Shown: piece by piece, positions 59,195 to 64,000 of the stretch
Layout of the letters: the number at the start of each line of letters is the position of its first letter
Numbering within the stretch: position 1 is the stretch's first letter
DNA from: the human T2T-CHM13v2.0 reference genome, Homo sapiens
NCBI RefSeq assembly: GCF_009914755.1
Contig: NC_060947.1
DNA: 64,000 nt
Strand: one strand, 5' to 3'
Translations under genes and position numbers: made by a program
The notes under the pieces: model-generated
Told to the model about the DNA's origin: nothing
Seen by the model: only the letters and a program-made list of their open reading frames with translations
The model's database searches: none

Positions 59195-59652
59195 TATATT
59201 AGTTTCCTAGGGTTGCCACAACAAATTACCACAAAATTTGTGGCTTTAAACAGCAGAAATTTATTTTCTTACAGTTATGGAGACCAGAAGCCTGATGTCA
59301 AGGTTTTGACAGGGTCACACTCCCTATGAAGACTTGGGAGGATAATTTTTTTCTTGCCTCTTCCAGCTTCTGATGACTCATAGCTTTCCCTGGCTTATGG
59401 CAGCATAACTCCAATCTCTGCCTCCTTCTTCACATGAGCTTCTTTCCTGTGTATGTTAAACCTCCCCATCCTCTCTGTTACAAGGACACTAGTCATTAGA
59501 TTTAGGGCCCACACTAAATCCAGAATCATCTCATCTTGAGATCCTAAATTATATGTGCAATGACTCTATTTCCAAATAATATCACATTCACAGGTACTAA
59601 GGGCTAAGGCTTGGACATATATTGTTGGAGGATATTATCCAACCCACTATAT
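59195..59652 (-). mobile_element. MLT1 LTR at the position equivalent to 4068-4454
   Basis: Flank gttgttagtgag mirrors ctcactaacaac in arm A. Confidence 0.8.
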
Positions 59653-60409
59653 TGACACAGGCAGGTTAAAAAACTAAAATGAGATCTTATCTTTTTCATA
59701 TAAATATATAAATGCATCCATACATGCATAAGCATATACATTCCTACATGAGAAAACTTCTAAGAAAATAATGCAGATGAAAACATTAGCAGGTCTTATC
59801 TTTAGGTGTTATGTTTGAGGAATGGTTATTTTATTTTATGTCCTATGTTTTCACTTTTTTAACTGTAATAAACACCTATTGGTCTTATAAATATACAAAA
59901 GGATAAAATCACTGGGAAACATAACCATTCTCTGCTCCACCTACAGCAAAGCCCCTCCACTCAGAATAGGAACGTCTTTTGAGAAACAGGAAGGGAGACA
60001 AGATGCTGGTCAGCCCCTTCCACAGTATTCCAGGACACATTTCCCCAAATTCCAAATCACATTCATTTTTTCAATATTTTAAATCTCTGCTTAGTCAAAT
60101 GGGGGAAGACATAGTATCTTAATTTCATGTATTTTGCTTTATTCTGATAAATAATAAGGTTGGTGTTCTCATATGAGAGGCAGTGGCATATACTGATTAC
60201 ATGTAGGAGCTCAGGAGCCACACTGCCTGTGTTCAAATTGAAGTCTCAGCACTTGCTAGCCCTGCCCTCACTATGCCTCAGTTCCCTTATGTTTAAAGTC
60301 AGACAACAACAGTGCCTCATCATATAATGTGGTGAGGATTAAATGATTAAGTATATGTTTAGCACCTGCGACAGTATCAGGCATTGAGGAAATCACAATA
60401 AACATTAGC

Positions 60410-60440
<31 letters not shown>

Positions 60441-60632
60441 CCTGAATAGACCATTACTGTTTCTATGGCCATTTTTGTTATTATGTGGATTTATATTGAT
60501 TGATATAGATTGACCTTCAAAATATGTTTTTCATAAAAAGGCAGTTTATAAAGCTGTAAGTAGGATATTATCTGATTTTTGTTTTAAGTATAGTTACATT
60601 TGCATAGTAAAACTTCTGGAAAAATGTTTATT

Positions 60633-60992
60633 TCTCTTAGTCCATTTTCTGATGCTATAACAGAATACCAGAGACTGGATAATTTATAAAGGAAAGAAAT
60701 GTATTTCTCACTGTTCTGAAGGCTGGCAAGTCCAACAGCACAGTGCTGGCATCTGGCAAGGGTCATCCCATGATGGAAGTGTGGAAAGTAGAAGTGAGTG
60801 CAGAAGACAGAGGAAACCAGGCTGAAGTCATTCTTTTATTAGAAGCTTATTATCACAATAATGGCATTAATTCATTCATGAGGCTAGAGCTATCATAACC
60901 TAATCACCTCTCAAAGGCCCCACCTCTCCACACTGTTATAATGTCAATAAAATTTTAATATGAGTTTTGGAAGGGACATTCAAACCATAGCA
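60633..60992 (-). mobile_element. MST-type MaLR solo LTR
   Basis: tctcttagtccatttt...caaaccatagca, TSD (t/a)tatt. Confidence 0.8.
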
Positions 60993-61449
60993 ATATTCAA
61001 AAGTTAACAGTTCTTATCCATGAGTAATAGAATTTTTAGGGTTTCTAATGATATTTTTCCTTTTGTGCATTTTCCAACAAAAGCATGTTAGGTTTGGAAG
61101 TGAGAAAAATAATCTAAAAAAAAAAAAAAAATCTCCAGTCCTTCCCATAGGAAAATGGCTTAGCATCAGAATGAGGAACATCCCTAAGCCAAAGGAACTA
61201 GGTAATATGGTTGTCACAAAACTAATGTATCAATCTATCCACATGATAGCTTCAGGAAAAGCTGAGCAGCATCAGGGAAATTACAGCCCCAACTGAGTAG
61301 CTTCAGCGACATTACAGATGCCCAGGGAAAGGAGAAGCATGTTTCTCAAATGAACCTTACATTTTGCTGCCAGACAATGTCTCTTCTTCCTAGGATTTTA
61401 GTGAAGGTCATGAAATGAAAATGAAATGAAAGTAGTTTCATAACATGCT

Positions 61450-61857
61450 TGATACAGTTTGGATATTTGTCTCCTCCAAATCTCAAGTTGAAATGTGATC
61501 TCCAATGCTCAAGGTGGGGCCTGGTGGGAGGTGTTTAGGTCATGGGGGCAGATCCCTCATGAATGGCTTGGTGCTATCCTTGTGGTAATGAGTGAGTTTT
61601 GGCTCCATTAGTTACCATAAGATCTGATTGTTAAAAAGAGCCAGGCACCTCCTCTTTTCTCTATTGTTTCCTCTCTTGCCGTGTGACATGCCACCTCCCC
61701 TTGCCTTCTACCATGAGTAAAAGCTTCCAGAAACAGATGCTGGCACCATGTTTCTTGTACAGTCTGCAGAACTGTGAGCCAAATAAACTTCTTTTCTTTA
61801 TGAATTACCTCGCCTTAGGTATTATTCCTTTATAGCAACTCAAAATGCACGAACACA
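61450..61857 (+). mobile_element. MSTB-like solo LTR
   Basis: tgatacagtttggatatttg...; absent from arms A and B. Confidence 0.82.
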
Positions 61858-62540
61858 ATGTCTCTCTCTGTATTCTCCCAAATACATCCCCTTAAATTGA
61901 AAGTAGGCTCCTCTGTTTAGCCACCTAGTTAGCCAAGCAGTGACTTCCACAAGGGATGGAAACGGGGAGAGACTGCATGAAACCACCCAGGGCTCAGCAT
62001 CACAGCCTCTGGAAGGGGAGAATCCTGACACAGTGGGTTCGGGGTACAAGTTGAGTCAGAGTCTCACTCAGCCCAGGGCCCAGGAACAATCAATATATGC
62101 ACATTAAAACACTCTTAAAGTACTTTCCTTGTGCAATTAAAAATAATAAAAGGAATGGAAAAGATACACATGCCCAGCACTTATAACACAAAATCAGGTC
62201 AGGTTCTAAATGGGATGCATCCCTAAACCAACCAAGGGATTTGTGTAGTAGTGTGGACACATGAAAACTAAATTCCAGAAATCACTGCCTTTTTGCACCA
62301 AGATTTTCCAGATTAGGTTCCAGATGTACAAGTATAACAATGTAATGAGTAATAGTGTAAATGAAAGATGGAAAACTAAGCATGGACAAATGGAAAGATG
62401 TTTCATGTTCATTACTTGGGGCTAGATGGCACCTGGGAAACTCTAAGACTTTGGACACTTTAGATTTAAAAAGTGACAGCAAATATTATCTGCAGATTCT
62501 GTTAGTGCTCCCTGCAGCATATAAACTGAGAAAATGGGTA

Positions 62541-62973
62541 TGTGGAGGCTAAAGTTACTCTATCTTGGATGCTAATCTGCCATATTTACTTCTGATTAAC
62601 CTCAGTTCCAGGAAAGCCTCTAAAATTTTCCAGTTTATCTATTGTTCCTTGTGTAAGAGTACATATTTACCATAATTCTTGCCCTTAGGTCAAAACAATC
62701 TTGATGTTATTGTACTTCAATTTTCCTACACATTTCTTCTTAATCATGTATACCCTTTCCTTATGATATGTAAGCCCTGGATTTGGAGGGTAATTAGGTG
62801 GGAATCCACCATCTTGTCTCACCACTGTCTGAGGCACAGACATAGCTTCTGTTTGTTAGTCCCTATTACATGTTTCTTTCTAAGAAACTGGATTTATCAG
62901 CCTCTTTCTTTGGCCTCTCAGCTTCCTTGGACTTTGGGGGGTAGGTTTTCCTAGACCTGTCCACCACAGAACA
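62541..62973 (+). mobile_element. ERV1 solo LTR, LTR26-like
   Basis: tgtggaggctaaagttactctatcttggatgctaatc...; absent from arm B. Confidence 0.6.
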
Positions 62974-63197
62974 CGGTGTGCCTGTTTGAGCAAGTCTGAA
63001 AGAAGATACACATAACAAGGAGGCATATATGGCAGGTCCCACTGATGAGATGTGAACATGTGTTTGTTCTCATAATTATTTTTTCCTTCTTTTCCATGAA
63101 GTAGGCATCTATAGATAAAATCATGCAACAAAAGAATATCATATTTTACTTTAGGAGGAACTATAAAGAAAAGTCTCAAAAATTTAAAAAAAAAAAC

Positions 63198-64000
63198 TGA
63201 CCAAGATGGTGGAGTAGGAGATATCAGCCTTCATCCCCCAACAAAAACAAATACAAACATCTATTCACAAACCAAAATAGACCAGAAAGGGCTCAAGGGT
63301 CCAGTAAAAAGTCTGCAGCAGCACAATGGAGAAAAAAAAGGAGATTACCCACAGAGAAAGTATTTCTGGTGAGAACAGCATACTTGAGACACCAGGAGAC
63401 AGCTATGAGCAAAGAAGAAAGGTGCCATGTCATCCATGCACAGGGAACTGTCGTGGTACCCAGAGGAGTGCTCCACAGAGGACACCAGTATCCCTTGCCA
63501 CTGAGGTAACCAGCAGCCATTCCTACCAGGGAAATCCAGAGAGGGAGACACAGCTGCATACCTCTCCCTCTCCACAAGAAGTGGCCACCCCATTGAGCTG
63601 CTTCAGGAAAGGAACCACCACCTCTTCCAACCCTGAGCATTCCTTAACATAGAGCCATAACCTCTTTGCGAGTGATCACACTCCAGACCCAGGCTCTGTG
63701 GCTACACTGGGCCCACTGATGACTCAGACACCAGAGCCATTGCCATAATGAGCTAGTCCACACTCCAGGCTCAAGAACCAAGTCCTCGCTATGCATGACC
63801 CAACCCAAGGTGCTAGCTCAGATGCCACAGAGAACGAGACCTTCCCCTAATGACAGAGTCTGTCTTTGTGTGCATCTGTGCTCCCATTCTTGGCTCTCTA
63901 GCTACTTCATGAGAATTTTCACCTTACATATTGCCATAACACAACAGCAGGAGTGCCAGCACCCCAGACATCAGGTACATTACTGCACCGAATACCAGAG
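63198..64000 (+). mobile_element. 5' UTR of an old L1 (runs off the right edge)
   Basis: Starts after an A-run with accaagatggtggagtagg (YY1-type L1 5' terminus); CpG-decayed GC-rich tract. Confidence 0.6.

Overview
Human/primate genomic DNA, recognisable as the Xq22 RAB40A locus. The only well-supported protein-coding sequence is the intronless RAB40A retrogene (minus strand, 18934-19767, 277 aa: Rab GTPase domain, SOCS box, CAAX). Most other ORFs in the track are Alu, L1, LTR or low-complexity artefacts. Under the usual TE load, much of the window is an old low-copy duplication in three arms: arm A (~1-15000, inverted) and arms B (~21250-33300) and C (~50200-63180), both direct. The arms contain five copies of a ~0.9 kb core, plus a divergent sixth fragment at ~49050-49350 and a ~75 bp templated fragment inside an LTR. 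They carry conserved bipartite CTCF-like motifs, an invariant 22-nt palindromic motif and strand-biased splice donors. TE presence/absence across copies is discordant, which suggests gene conversion. A chain of minus-strand exon candidates runs from an RFX X-box/TCAAGGTCA promoter-like site at ~43.8 kb toward the RAB40A acceptor. TE subfamily calls and similarity estimates are by eye or from memory of consensus sequences, not computed.
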